This document shows positions 29,083 through 38,795 of a stretch of 64,000 bases of DNA, piece after piece (the first letter of the stretch is position 1; every line of letters begins with the position of its first letter). The translations under genes were made by a program, and so were the position numbers. The stretch comes from an uncultured virus (IMG/VR IMGVR_UViG_2645727884_000004). Taxonomy: Duplodnaviria; Heunggongvirae; Uroviricota; Caudoviricetes. The stretch spans positions 1-64,000 of the IMG/VR virus record IMGVR_UViG_2645727884_000004; one strand, written 5' to 3'. The notes below the pieces were generated by a model, which saw only the letters and a list, made by a program, of their open reading frames with translations, ran no database searches and had not been told where the DNA came from.

Positions 29083-29784
29083 TCAACCGCCAGAGGCGGT
29101 CAGTTTCTTCTGGAGCCGTTCGGCGGCCTCCAAATCCTTCTTCCCGCCGCACTTGTCGTGCAGCTGGATCGCGCGCTTGAGCAGATCGATGCCGGCTTGC
29201 ACCTGCCCGGGTTGCCCGGGGCTCTCCACAGAAAGGCCTTCCAGGGTGGCATGGCCGGCGGCGAGATAGAGCTTCGCGCGGGCTTCGTCGGGCATGTCGG
29301 CCTGGTCGGTGAGCAGGAGGGTGCGATGCAAGGTCGCAAGGTCGAAGCTGCCGCCGGTCTTCTGTGCCTTGAGCGCGGCATCGGCGATCTCTTCGGCGAT
29401 GACGCAGCCGGCGGTACGCGCGAAGCGGTCGGGCATGACTAGGTCGTGTGCGAGCACGTAGTCGGCGATGTCCAGGGCGCCGGCGTAATCGCCGGCATCG
29501 ATGCGCCAGAGCATGACGGTGGTGATCACCTCGTCCTGGGCGCCCTTGCCGGCCTGCAGCACGCCGGAAATGTACGGCTGGTAGGCCGGCAGCAACTCGA
29601 CCTTGAGCGCTGCCTTACCTTCGCCGGACTGGATGTTCTTCAGGCGGCTACGATCCTGATACAGCTGGGCGAGCTGCAGCTCATAGGCGTTCGCGCCTTC
29701 CATGCCCTGGTGCGGGGCAGTGGCCGCCGCCTCTTGAGCGGCGGTCACGCGCAGGAAGTGCGCCTTGGCGGGACTGAAGGCCAT
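29083..29784 (-). CDS. Terminase endonuclease subunit M
   Basis: SPAKAH...MLWRIDAGD...DMPDEARAKL. Confidence 0.92.
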   Translation of the reverse strand: MAFSPAKAHFLRVTAAQEAAATAPHQGMEGANAYELQLAQLYQDRSRLKNIQSGEGKAALKVELLPAYQPYISGVLQAGKGAQDEVITTVMLWRIDAGDYAGALDIADYVLAHDLVMPDRFARTAGCVIAEEIADAALKAQKTGGSFDLATLHRTLLLTDQADMPDEARAKLYLAAGHATLEGLSVESPGQPGQVQAGIDLLKRAIQLHDKCGGKKDLEAAERLQKKLTASGG

Positions 29785-29789
29785 GTCGT

Positions 29790-30806
29790 CTACTCCGCGA
29801 CTTCGATGTTCTCGACCAGACAGCCGAGGCCGTAGTCCTCGACGACGTAGGCGTCGTTGCTGGACTCGTAGTTCTCGATGCGGTTCTTCTCCGGTACCTC
29901 CTTCAGGTAGCGGCGGCGACCGCCGATCTGCCAGTAGAGCGACAGGTTCTTCAGGGTGGTGACCATGAGGCCCTTCTCGGGCACGTAGGGCACTTCCACC
30001 GGCGGCAGGCCGCCCATGCGCTTCTGCGACAGGATGAGGTCGGTGGCGATCTTCTCGGTTGCCGGCTGGTCCTTGTTCACCATCGGGAAGTACTTGTCGT
30101 GGACCAGCTCGCGGCCGAGGATCACCACCAGGCCCGGGTCGCGGCGGTGCCAGGGATCGATCAGGCTGCTGACCACGTCGAACACCAGGGCGTCGAGGTT
30201 CTTGTAGTCGGCGTCGGCGCCGTTGCCGACTACCACCTTGCCGGCGGCCTTCCCTTCCTTCAGTACCCGTGCCGGAGCGTTGTTGCGGTACTGCTGGAAC
30301 CAGCCAATGTTCACGTCCTGCAGCAGCGGGTTGGCGGCGCGGTTGGTGGTAGCCGCGGCGCTGGTACCGTTGAAGCCGATCATCAGGCGGTCAAGGGCCT
30401 GGCGCTTGAGAATCGCGTCGCGCAGCAGGGCCTGGAACTCCGGGAACTTGGCCCAGGCGTCGAGCATGGCGTAGGTGATTGCGGTGTCGAAGTCGGTGTG
30501 CTTGCACTCGTAACGCTGATTGTCGAGCGCGGACACGTCGCGCGGCTTGCGTACACCGTCGCCGGTGGTATCGGTACGGCTGGCGATGGTGCCGCTGACG
30601 CCGATGCCGATCTTCTCGCCTTGCAGCTCGTCGACGCCGTAGACGTTGATCTGCTTCAGGAACTCGCTGGACTCCTGAATACGTTGCTCCAACTTCTGCT
30701 GGACACTCGGCTCGACGGCGAAGGTCTGGACGGCGGAGTTCACGCCGTTGAGCTTGGCGAGCTGCGCCAGGTAGGCGTCGAACTGTTTGCGGGTTTCGTT
30801 GCGCAT
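29790..30806 (-). CDS. Major capsid protein N
   Basis: MRNETR...LDR.MIGFNG...NPLLQDVN. Confidence 0.95.
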   Translation of the reverse strand: MRNETRKQFDAYLAQLAKLNGVNSAVQTFAVEPSVQQKLEQRIQESSEFLKQINVYGVDELQGEKIGIGVSGTIASRTDTTGDGVRKPRDVSALDNQRYECKHTDFDTAITYAMLDAWAKFPEFQALLRDAILKRQALDRLMIGFNGTSAAATTNRAANPLLQDVNIGWFQQYRNNAPARVLKEGKAAGKVVVGNGADADYKNLDALVFDVVSSLIDPWHRRDPGLVVILGRELVHDKYFPMVNKDQPATEKIATDLILSQKRMGGLPPVEVPYVPEKGLMVTTLKNLSLYWQIGGRRRYLKEVPEKNRIENYESSNDAYVVEDYGLGCLVENIEVAE

Positions 30807-30841
30807 GGTGCTTTTCCTTTGGATACCGGGGCGGGGGACGG

Positions 30842-31663
30842 TTAGCAGTCGGTCAGGGCGACACTGCCGCCACCGGTGACCGGGGGCCGCTGCTGTTGGC
30901 TGTGGTCCCGGGTGCTATCGAGGGTGCTCTTGAGGTCCGCCAGTTCCTTGGTGACCTTGTCCAGCTGGCTGGCCAGTTGCTGGGTCTGCTTCTTCTGCTC
31001 GCCGAGTTGCTCGCCCAGGTCGCGGCTGTGCTCGGCGATTGCTTCGACGGCCTCGCCGACCTGGCCGAACTCGGCTTGGGTGCGGGCTTCCTTGCCCTTG
31101 AGCAGTTCCTTGACCTTGGTGAACAGCGCCGCGCCGACCGAGGGTTTGTCCTCGTATTCCTCGAACTCGAGGGTGCCCTCTTCGGCAGCGCTGAACAGGG
31201 TGTCGGGGTTGGTCTTGCGGCTGGCGAGGGTCCCGTTCTTGGCGCTGAAGGACAGCGCCTCGGTGCCCAGGCTGGCGGGTGAGTCGGTGATGGCCAGGCC
31301 GACCAAGTAGGCCTTGCCGGTGTCGGCGAACTTGGGATCGATCTCGACCGAGGTGTAGACCTTCTGCCGCTGCTTGTTCAGTTCCAGCAGCGCCTGGTTG
31401 GGCTCCAGTTGGGCGAAGAGGGCGAGCTTCTTCTGCCCGTTGATGTCGATCTCTTCCGCCTTGCACGCCAGCACGTCGCCATAGGCGCCGAACTCACCAG
31501 CCGGCCAGGCCCACTTGATGTGCTCGCAGTTGATCCGCGCGCCGTAGGTGTTCGGGTCGTACTGCGCGGCCATTTGCTCGATCCAGTCGCGCTCGATGTT
31601 GCGGCCGTCCGTGGTCGCCCCTTCGACGGCGATGCGGAACCATTTGCTGCGGAATTTCTTCAT
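30842..31663 (-). CDS. Capsid scaffolding/protease O
   Basis: FRIAVEGATTDGR...GLAITDSPASLGT. Confidence 0.93.
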   Translation of the reverse strand: MKKFRSKWFRIAVEGATTDGRNIERDWIEQMAAQYDPNTYGARINCEHIKWAWPAGEFGAYGDVLACKAEEIDINGQKKLALFAQLEPNQALLELNKQRQKVYTSVEIDPKFADTGKAYLVGLAITDSPASLGTEALSFSAKNGTLASRKTNPDTLFSAAEEGTLEFEEYEDKPSVGAALFTKVKELLKGKEARTQAEFGQVGEAVEAIAEHSRDLGEQLGEQKKQTQQLASQLDKVTKELADLKSTLDSTRDHSQQQRPPVTGGGSVALTDC

Positions 31664-31751
31664 GCCGGGAGTCCTCAATGCGGCTGATGCGGGGTGCATG
31701 GCAATGAGGGGCATGTTCGGGACGCGCGCGCGGCCCAGCAATCAAGCGGGA

Positions 31752-31772
31752 TTGTAGGGCGCGGAGCTACAA
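31752..31772. promoter_or_regulatory. Ogr-type activator box between divergent O and P
   Basis: TTGT-N13-ACAA. Confidence 0.6.
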
Positions 31773-31818
31773 GGGGCGGCGCTACTGAGGGGCGAGGGTG
31801 GGCGGCAGCATCTGCGCC

Positions 31819-33579
31819 ATGAACGCTGCCGTCGAAATTCCCATCCGTGACAACCGCCGCCAGGCCAAATTCCTGTACTGGATGGGTTGGCGTGTCTGCG
31901 ACATCGCCGATCACCTGGGCGAGAAGGACAAGACCCTTCACTCATGGAAGGACCGCGACGGATGGGACCGGGCCGACAGCGTAGAACGGATCGGGGGCGC
32001 CCTGGAAGCCCGGTTGGTTCAGTTGATCCTAAAGGACGGCAAGACCGGCGGTGACTACAAGGAAATCGACCTGCTGCATCGGCAGCTTGAGCGCCAGGCG
32101 CGGATCCAGCGTTACCAGGGCGGAGGTACCGAAACCGACCTGAACCCCGAGCTTGCCAAGCGTAACGAAGGTCCCAAGCGCAAGCCGAAGCGTAACGACA
32201 TCAGCGAGGAACTGACCGAGAAACTGGTCGAGGCCTTCCTCGACGGTTGCTTCGACTACCAGAAAGACTGGTACCGCGCGGGTAATCAGCGAACCCGCGT
32301 GATTCTCAAGTCGCGACAGATCGGCGCCACGTTCTACTTCGCCCGCGAGGCGCTGATCGACGCGCTGGAAACGGGGCGCAACCAGATATTCCTGTCGGCC
32401 AGCAAGGCCCAGGCACACATCTTCAAGGCGTATATCCAGGCCTTCGCGCGCGATGCGGTAGGTGTCGAACTGAAGGGCGACCCGATCATCCTGCCGAACG
32501 GCGCGGAACTGCACTTCCTCGGTACCAATGCGCGGACTGCCCAGGGCTACCACGGTAACTTCTACTTCGACGAGTTCTTCTGGACCTTCAAGTTCAAGGA
32601 GCTGAACAAGGTCGCCAGCGGTATGGCGATGCAGAAGCGCTACCGGCGGACCTATTTCTCGACGCCCAGCTCGATGGCGCATGAGGCCTACACATTCTGG
32701 ACTGGCGAGCGCTTCAACAAGGGCAAGCCAGCTGCCGATCGCATCAAGATCGACGTAAGTCATGACGCCCTGCAGCAAGGGCGACTGTGCGAGGACCGCA
32801 TCTGGCGCCAGATCGTCACGATCCTCGATGCCGAGGCCCGTGGCTGCGACCTGTTCGACATCGACGAGCTGCGTCTCGAGTACGACGCCGAGGCTTTCCA
32901 GAACCTGCTGATGTGCCAGTTCGTCGACGACGGCGCGAGCATTTTCCCGCTGACCATGCTGCAGCCGTGCATGGTCGATAGCTGGGACCTGTGGTCGGAG
33001 GACTACAAGCCGTTCGCGCTGCGACCGTTCGGTGATCGCCAGGTGTGGCTGGGCTATGACCCAGCCGAGACGGGCGACACTGCGGGTCTGGTGGTGGTGG
33101 CGCCGCCGGCGGTACCGGGCGGCAAGTTCCGCGTGCTGGAGCGCCATCAGTTCCGCGGCAAGGACTTCGCCGAGCAGGCCGAGTTCATCCGCAAGGTGAC
33201 CCAGCGCTACTGGGTCACCTACATCGGCGTCGACACCACCGGCATGGGGTCTGGCGTCGCGCAGCTGGTGCGCCAGTTCTTCCCGGGGGTGCGCACCTTC
33301 AGCTACTCGCCCGAGGTGAAGACGCAGTTGGTCATGAAGGCCTGGTCGGTGATCAAGAACGGCCGCCTCGAATTCGACGCCGGCTGGACCGACCTGGCCC
33401 AGGCGCTGATGGCTATCCGCAAGACCATCACGGCCGGTGGGCGCCAGTTCACATACACCGCCGGCCGCAACGACAACACCGGCCACGCCGATCTGGCCTG
33501 GGCGCTATTCCACGCATTGCAGAACGAACCGCTCGAGGGGCAGACCCCCGCGAATACCGGGCGCATGGAGATTTTCTGA
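31819..33579 (+). CDS. Terminase ATPase subunit P
   Basis: LKSRQIGAT, YFDE, GHADLAWA. Confidence 0.95.
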   Translation: MNAAVEIPIRDNRRQAKFLYWMGWRVCDIADHLGEKDKTLHSWKDRDGWDRADSVERIGGALEARLVQLILKDGKTGGDYKEIDLLHRQLERQARIQRYQGGGTETDLNPELAKRNEGPKRKPKRNDISEELTEKLVEAFLDGCFDYQKDWYRAGNQRTRVILKSRQIGATFYFAREALIDALETGRNQIFLSASKAQAHIFKAYIQAFARDAVGVELKGDPIILPNGAELHFLGTNARTAQGYHGNFYFDEFFWTFKFKELNKVASGMAMQKRYRRTYFSTPSSMAHEAYTFWTGERFNKGKPAADRIKIDVSHDALQQGRLCEDRIWRQIVTILDAEARGCDLFDIDELRLEYDAEAFQNLLMCQFVDDGASIFPLTMLQPCMVDSWDLWSEDYKPFALRPFGDRQVWLGYDPAETGDTAGLVVVAPPAVPGGKFRVLERHQFRGKDFAEQAEFIRKVTQRYWVTYIGVDTTGMGSGVAQLVRQFFPGVRTFSYSPEVKTQLVMKAWSVIKNGRLEFDAGWTDLAQALMAIRKTITAGGRQFTYTAGRNDNTGHADLAWALFHALQNEPLEGQTPANTGRMEIF

Positions 33580-34646
33580 TGAGCAAACGTCGCAGCCACC
33601 GCCGCCAGCAGCCGGTTACAGTCCAATCCGCCCAGGAAGGCGAGTTCATCCCGCGTCAGGGCGGCCGTGCCGAGGCCTTCACCTTCGGTGACCCGATGCC
33701 GGTGCTCGACGGCCGAGGCATCCTCGACTATCTCGAGTGCTGGTCGAACGGGCGGTGGTACGAGCCGCCGCTTTCCATGGAGGGGCTGGCCAAGGCGGTG
33801 GGGTCGAGCGTTTACCTGCAGTCGGGTCTGAAGTTCAAGCGCAACATGCTGGCCAAGACCTTCATCCCGCACCGCCTGCTCAGCCGGGCGACATTCGAGC
33901 AGTTCTCCCTGGACTGGCTGACATTCGGCTCGGCCTACCTCGAGCAGCCTCGTTCGCGCCTGGGTACGCGGATGCCGCTGCAGGCGCCGCTGGCCAAGTA
34001 CATGCGCCGCGGCACCGATCTGGAGACGTTCTACCAGGTGCGCAGTTGGAAGGATGAGCACGAATTCGAGAAGGGTAGCGTGATCCAGCTGCGCGAAGCC
34101 GACATCAACCAGGAAATCTACGGGGTGCCGGAGTGGTTCTGCGCCCTACAGAGCGCTTTGCTGAACGAGTCGGCCACCCTGTTCCGGCGCAAGTACTACA
34201 ACAACGGCAGCCACGCTGGATTCATCCTCTACATGACCGACGCCGCACAGAACGAGGAAGACATCGACGCGCTGCGCACGGCGCTGAAGACCGCGAAGGG
34301 GCCGGGCAATTTCCGCAACCTGTTCGTCTATGCGCCGAACGGGAAGAAGGAGGGGATCCAACTGATTCCGGTCAGCGAGGTCGCAGCCAAGGACGAGTTC
34401 GGCTCGATCAAGAACATCAGCCGCGACGACCAGCTCGCCGGTCTACGGGTCTATCCGCAAATGATGGGGGTGGTGCCGCAGAACGCTGGTGGGTTCGGGT
34501 CCATCAGTGATGCGGCGGCGGTCTGGGCCAGCCTGGAGCTGGAACCAATGCAGGCGCGCCTGCAGCAGGTCAATGAGCTGATCGGGGAAGAGGTTGTGAG
34601 GTTTAATGGTTTTTCTCTTCAGACTTCACGATGCAGCCCTTCATGA
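33579..34646 (+). CDS. Portal protein Q (PBSX family)
   Basis: AFTFGDP...YGVPE...FRRKYYNNG. Confidence 0.95.
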   Translation: MSKRRSHRRQQPVTVQSAQEGEFIPRQGGRAEAFTFGDPMPVLDGRGILDYLECWSNGRWYEPPLSMEGLAKAVGSSVYLQSGLKFKRNMLAKTFIPHRLLSRATFEQFSLDWLTFGSAYLEQPRSRLGTRMPLQAPLAKYMRRGTDLETFYQVRSWKDEHEFEKGSVIQLREADINQEIYGVPEWFCALQSALLNESATLFRRKYYNNGSHAGFILYMTDAAQNEEDIDALRTALKTAKGPGNFRNLFVYAPNGKKEGIQLIPVSEVAAKDEFGSIKNISRDDQLAGLRVYPQMMGVVPQNAGGFGSISDAAAVWASLELEPMQARLQQVNELIGEEVVRFNGFSLQTSRCSPS

Positions 34647-35218
34647 AGGCGGCAGTAATGGATAGACAGTTTAAATGCAAAAAGGAAATGACCAAGCTGA
34701 TTCAGAGTAAAGTTTTTGTGCTCGGGTTTTTCTTGGAGAAAAAGTTTTAAAGGTAGCGAAAACACACTGTCTAATACTGCAATGCAGTCCTCTAGCAGTG
34801 AAGCCCCTGCGGGGAAAAATATCAGGCTGGTAATTCTTTGTTCTTTAATGGCGTTAAGCTTCTGGTCTATTGACTCTCTACTAAGGTTTTGTGAGTTTTC
34901 AAGGGCGGCTTTGTATTTATCAAAAGATACGAGCGGGGCAAAGGTTACATTTACCGGGAGATCTCTTTTGTTGTCTTGGTCGATGTCGCATGAGTTGGAG
35001 AGTATGACCCCCTTGACTTTTCTTGTTTGCGATGAATTGTAATCAAAATAAGGTACGTTCTCCCAGCAATCGCCCTGCAGTATCTCAGTGGCAAACAGGT
35101 CTGTGTAAATATTGCTGTCTGGAGAAAATTGTCTAAACGCGTCTGCTAATCCAGTTTTCTGCTCCTGGGTTAGATAGTACGGGAAAAAATCTTCAACCTT
35201 GAAGGTATCTATATCCAT
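34619..35218 (-). CDS. Hypothetical accessory protein
   Basis: 199 aa, AT-rich; LQGD...ILSNSCDI...APL motif. Confidence 0.8.
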   Translation of the reverse strand: MDIDTFKVEDFFPYYLTQEQKTGLADAFRQFSPDSNIYTDLFATEILQGDCWENVPYFDYNSSQTRKVKGVILSNSCDIDQDNKRDLPVNVTFAPLVSFDKYKAALENSQNLSRESIDQKLNAIKEQRITSLIFFPAGASLLEDCIAVLDSVFSLPLKLFLQEKPEHKNFTLNQLGHFLFAFKLSIHYCRLHEGLHREV

Positions 35219-35228
35219 TTACTGATTC

Positions 35229-35558
35229 TTATGCGAGAAGATCTAAAAAATTATCGCTCAGTATTTTGGAGAACTCGTACTCAAGAGGTTCCTGCATCGA
35301 TGCCAACCTACTGGAGAATGCAGATGTCGCCGCTTCTAAGCTTAGGTGTTCATCCGTATGCAACGATGCGCTAACCGATGAGGAAAAATCATAGGTATAA
35401 TTCGTATAATTGTTATGTATAACTCCATTGCTTGCCATTTCTATTCCTTGAAGTGGTTCTAGCGTGGGAGGGGTAGCCTGTTGTATAGCGGTGAAGCCAA
35501 GCAGCATCATCATGGTCCAAGTGGCTTTCTCTGATGAGGTAACTTGATAACTACTCAT
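35229..35558 (-). CDS. Small hypothetical protein
   Basis: 109 aa, overlaps upstream gene stop. Confidence 0.7.
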   Translation of the reverse strand: MSSYQVTSSEKATWTMMMLLGFTAIQQATPPTLEPLQGIEMASNGVIHNNYTNYTYDFSSSVSASLHTDEHLSLEAATSAFSSRLASMQEPLEYEFSKILSDNFLDLLA

Positions 35559-36315
35559 AGCTTGGCTCCAACCAGTTCAATGCTCTTTCCGAAAGGCACT
35601 CGAAGAAGATCTCTTTGCTTGCCTTATGAATTTCGTCGGAACGGTCAATGATTTTAGCTAGGAAAATTTCTGCAGACTCTCCGCCAATATTGGCGAAAGA
35701 GTCTATGTCAATTACTTTTCCTTGTCGTGGCTTCGATTCGCCGATCAATTGAGTCGTGGCGTCAGATATAAGTCTTATAGAGTGTTCAAAATTTTTCTGC
35801 GTAAAAGAGACGCGAATCTCGTAGTCATTGATGGTGGTTTTATCACCTATGCCTAAATTTAGCGTGAAGACCTCAGAGGCGGGTAGGTCTAATTCGTGAC
35901 TAATAATGTCAATGTACTTCATGGAGTATCTATTGACAGAGTCAATTAAGCCGGAGCTGCAAGCTATGGACATAACTTCGTAGATAGCGCTTCTTAGATT
36001 GCTCCATCCAGCATAGGGGAGTTTGCTCGAAACAGAGCAAGAGTTGTCGCCTACAAAAACCCAATATCTATCCCAGCCAAGCTTAAATAACGGGGCAAAG
36101 CGCAAGTTCGGGTCCATTTCCCTAACTTCTTTGGGCATAGACATAATTGGAGTAGGCTCTATGCTTTTTTTGCCTTGCAATGCGCTGAATAGAATGCCTG
36201 GCAATATACTTCCCACTGCGACGCCTGAAGAGAAACGCATCTCAAAAACCGCATCAATTAGCGGTTCCCGCCCCAGCTTTGTCGGTACTTGATGAAGCGG
36301 ATTCGGCATGTTCAC
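35551..36315 (-). CDS. TIGR04255-like protein
   Basis: PLIDAVFEMRF, PY.GW, RYSMKYID, IDID, IH....IF motifs recalled for this family. Confidence 0.65.
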   Translation of the reverse strand: MNMPNPLHQVPTKLGREPLIDAVFEMRFSSGVAVGSILPGILFSALQGKKSIEPTPIMSMPKEVREMDPNLRFAPLFKLGWDRYWVFVGDNSCSVSSKLPYAGWSNLRSAIYEVMSIACSSGLIDSVNRYSMKYIDIISHELDLPASEVFTLNLGIGDKTTINDYEIRVSFTQKNFEHSIRLISDATTQLIGESKPRQGKVIDIDSFANIGGESAEIFLAKIIDRSDEIHKASKEIFFECLSERALNWLEPSYE

Positions 36316-36570
36316 ATTCCTACCCTTCTGTATCTGCGTCCTGCACAGACAAGGCGATTGTCCCTTGTATGGGCGCTATAAGCCTGTCTGTCAAGGTCGC
36401 GAATCATAAGCTACCAGGAGTGGGGGTGTCGATGGCGCGCGGATTGGCTCGCCCCTTGGAGCCGGCCCAGTTCGCCAAGAAACCATGATGGTAGGCAACC
36501 TCCTGCAGCATTGGTCACAAAAGGCGCTAAGAGCATTTCTGTAGGTGTCAGCCTCGCAATTTGGCGCGCG

Positions 36571-36591
36571 CAGTCGTCCCCCCGCCACGCC
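36571..36591 (-). other. cos site (cohesive end)
   Basis: Minus strand GGCGTGGCGGGGGGACGACTG resembles P2/P4-type cos GGCG[AT]GGCGGGG. Confidence 0.75.
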
Positions 36592-36753
36592 TCCGCTCTA
36601 AATAGACCTCTTTTTCTGCACTTCTGCACAGCGCCGCCAACGGCCCAGGCTGGGCGTTGCCTTCCGATTTCCGAACTCGGAAATCCCTGCGAATCCCTGC
36701 ACCAGAGGCCCTTTTCTGAGGGCGGCAAGGGGCCTTCCTGGGGATGTTTTTCT

Positions 36754-37063
36754 GTTGACCCCTCGGAAAAAGGTAATTTCGGTAATTTTGGGTTCGAAGA
36801 GGGCTGTAAGCCGCGTGGTTACTGGCTTTCAGCAATTACCTTGAAAGGTAATTTAGGGTAATTGGAAAGGTAATTTTTTTGTAAGCCATTGATTTATAAG
36901 GGATTTATAAATCGGCGAGCTTACCCAGCACAAAGGTAATTCGATTACCTCAAAATTACCCTATTATTACCTTTAAGAATCTTCTATAAGATATTGAATT
37001 TAAAGGATTAAATGGCTGTTCTAAAAACGAATTACCAAAATTACCAAATTTCGATGGGTCAAC
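36754..37063. repeat. GGTAAT/ATTACC array within 34-bp imperfect inverted repeats; candidate origin
   Basis: About a dozen hexamers in both orientations, AT-rich core, IR at 36754-36787 / 37030-37063. Confidence 0.7.
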
Positions 37064-37259
37064 ATAAAACGAGGGGTTGCCTGGCGGGGCGGGTATTGGA
37101 ACCTGGCTGTCTGCTGCCGCTCTGTCACCTGCGCTGGCTCTCTCTGCCACGTCTGCTAAGGCGCAGACGACCGCGCTAGCTCGGCTAGTCTTGTTACGTC
37201 GCTTGTTACGTAGAGGCCTGCTGCTGGCCTCCGAATGCGTCGTGAATCCTTGATCTAGA

Positions 37260-37304
37260 TGGTGCCGGCACCAGGAATCGAACCCGGGACCTACTGATTA
37301 CAAG
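37260..37304 (-). repeat. att core (tRNA-Thr 3' half) at junction of the two prophages
   Basis: 44/45 identical to 235-279. Confidence 0.92.
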
Positions 37305-37397
37305 TAATCCGCCCTTAATTGCAAAATCAACGGTTTACGACGTTTCTTTGTACGCGCTTGCTGTCGTTCAGGCCGCATTCTATGCGGGGTGTTTCGA

Positions 37398-38567
37398 TCA
37401 TTGTACGCCCCCGTTCGGGCCTCCCGAGGGGGCGACTATAGGTACGCTGAAGTCATAGACGTCCAGCATCGACTCGTCACGGTGGCCGCTGGCCTCCTGC
37501 TTTTCTCCCCGGGTGCCGGGGGTGTCAGTGATGCCGCGGCGTTTAAGGTCGTGCATGCCGAAGCGCTCCTCGGCGGTGATGATGTTCTTCTCCAGGGCCT
37601 GGGTGATGAACCGCTGCCAGGCGGTGTCTAGGCTCGACTTCCGGAGTGGCCCGCCGTGGGCTGCCACGATCAGCCGGCGCTGATCCGCTGCGATCGGTAC
37701 CGGCATGCGCTTCTTCTCCCACACGTCAGCACGGACTTTCTTTGCTGCATCCCAGGCCGCGCGTAGGCGCGGTGTCCAGCGGACGATGTTGTCGCGGCTG
37801 CCCTTGCGGCGGTTGGTCAGCACGCCTTCTTCTGTTTCGTTCGCGTCGGTGAGCGTGACTGTCTCGATGCCGCGCAGGCGGCACAAGTAGCTGATCTCCA
37901 TGACATACCAGAGGTAGGGCGCGCAGGCGCCTTTCTGGCCGCGCACCAGTTGGCCCTGCTGATAGGCGAACTGAATGAGCTGCGTCATAGCAGCCGGCGC
38001 AGGCAGCCGGCGGCGCTTTCGTTCTTTGGGTGCCTCGATGCCTTTGGCGACGTTCTCGTCGACAAAGCCCCGGTTCTTGCCCCACTGCAGCACCAGACGC
38101 AGGTAGCGCAGGGCGTGGGCCGCCTTGGATGGCGTGCCTTGCTCCGCGATCTTGTCGATCAGGCGCTGGACCAGGGGAGAGGTGAACTTGCGGACGGCCA
38201 GGTCGCCCAGCGTCTTGCCGGCGAGTTGGGTCGGTACGCCAAGCAGCACGTCGCGGCTGTAGCTGTAGTCTTCCTGGGTCTTCTGGCCGAGGCTGGTGAA
38301 CCTGATGCTGGCGTGATACTGCTCGCACAGGTACCGCAGGCTGTCACGGTCGATGCCCTGCAATTCTTCGACGATGCGGTGCAGTTCGGCCAGGGTGACC
38401 GTAGCGCCGCACAGGTTCTTGCGTACCCGGCGGCCGGCTTCGTTCATGCTCAACCGGTACCAGCAGCCGGCGCCGCGGTGGTCGAAATAGACGTCCTTCG
38501 GCAGAGAAGCTTGGTCTATGTGGGCAGGGATGTGAGGGTTTGCCTGGCGTTTTCTTCCGCGTCTCAT
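37398..38567 (-). CDS. int: Tyrosine recombinase / integrase
   Basis: Close paralogue of 391-1539 (LCRLRGIET, HDLKRRGITDT, SGHRDESMLDVYD). Confidence 0.92.
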   Translation of the reverse strand: MRRGRKRQANPHIPAHIDQASLPKDVYFDHRGAGCWYRLSMNEAGRRVRKNLCGATVTLAELHRIVEELQGIDRDSLRYLCEQYHASIRFTSLGQKTQEDYSYSRDVLLGVPTQLAGKTLGDLAVRKFTSPLVQRLIDKIAEQGTPSKAAHALRYLRLVLQWGKNRGFVDENVAKGIEAPKERKRRRLPAPAAMTQLIQFAYQQGQLVRGQKGACAPYLWYVMEISYLCRLRGIETVTLTDANETEEGVLTNRRKGSRDNIVRWTPRLRAAWDAAKKVRADVWEKKRMPVPIAADQRRLIVAAHGGPLRKSSLDTAWQRFITQALEKNIITAEERFGMHDLKRRGITDTPGTRGEKQEASGHRDESMLDVYDFSVPIVAPSGGPNGGVQ

Positions 38568-38779
38568 CTGAGTATGTCTGGTCCGTAGTGTTCCTGGTTG
38601 CCTGCGGCGAGGCCCGCGGCATGGTTGATCAGTTCTGTGGTGGTCCATGGGCCCTTGCGGCCGTGGAAAATCTTGATGCCCTGCTCACGCAGCACGCGCT
38701 CGACATCGGCGCGGCGCACGTAGCCGGTGACCTGCTGAAGATCCTCGAAGTCTAGGATGCCGGCGACATTGCTGCTCAT
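38564..38779 (-). CDS. Excisionase-like protein (DUF4224-like)
   Basis: FEDLQQVTGY...GPWTT; paralogue of 1536-1748. Confidence 0.7.
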   Translation of the reverse strand: MSSNVAGILDFEDLQQVTGYVRRADVERVLREQGIKIFHGRKGPWTTTELINHAAGLAAGNQEHYGPDILR

Positions 38780-38795
38780 GATCGCGTTCTCCTGC

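Larger units (their letters stand above)
235..37304. mobile_element. Prophage 1, phiCTX/P2-like (Peduoviridae-type)
   Basis: Bounded by 45-bp att direct repeats; P2 gene order Q-P/O-N-M-L-X-lysis-R-S-V-W-J-I-H-G-FI-FII-E-T-U-D, plus Ogr, integrase and cos. Confidence 0.95.

Noticed and set aside
34619..36315. phiCTX cytotoxin ctx
   Set aside because: Three ORFs with no resemblance I can recognise to the single ctx gene.
36754..37063. CRISPR array (also 53820-54121)
   Set aside because: Repeats are 6-9 bp, mixed in orientation and irregularly spaced; no cas genes.
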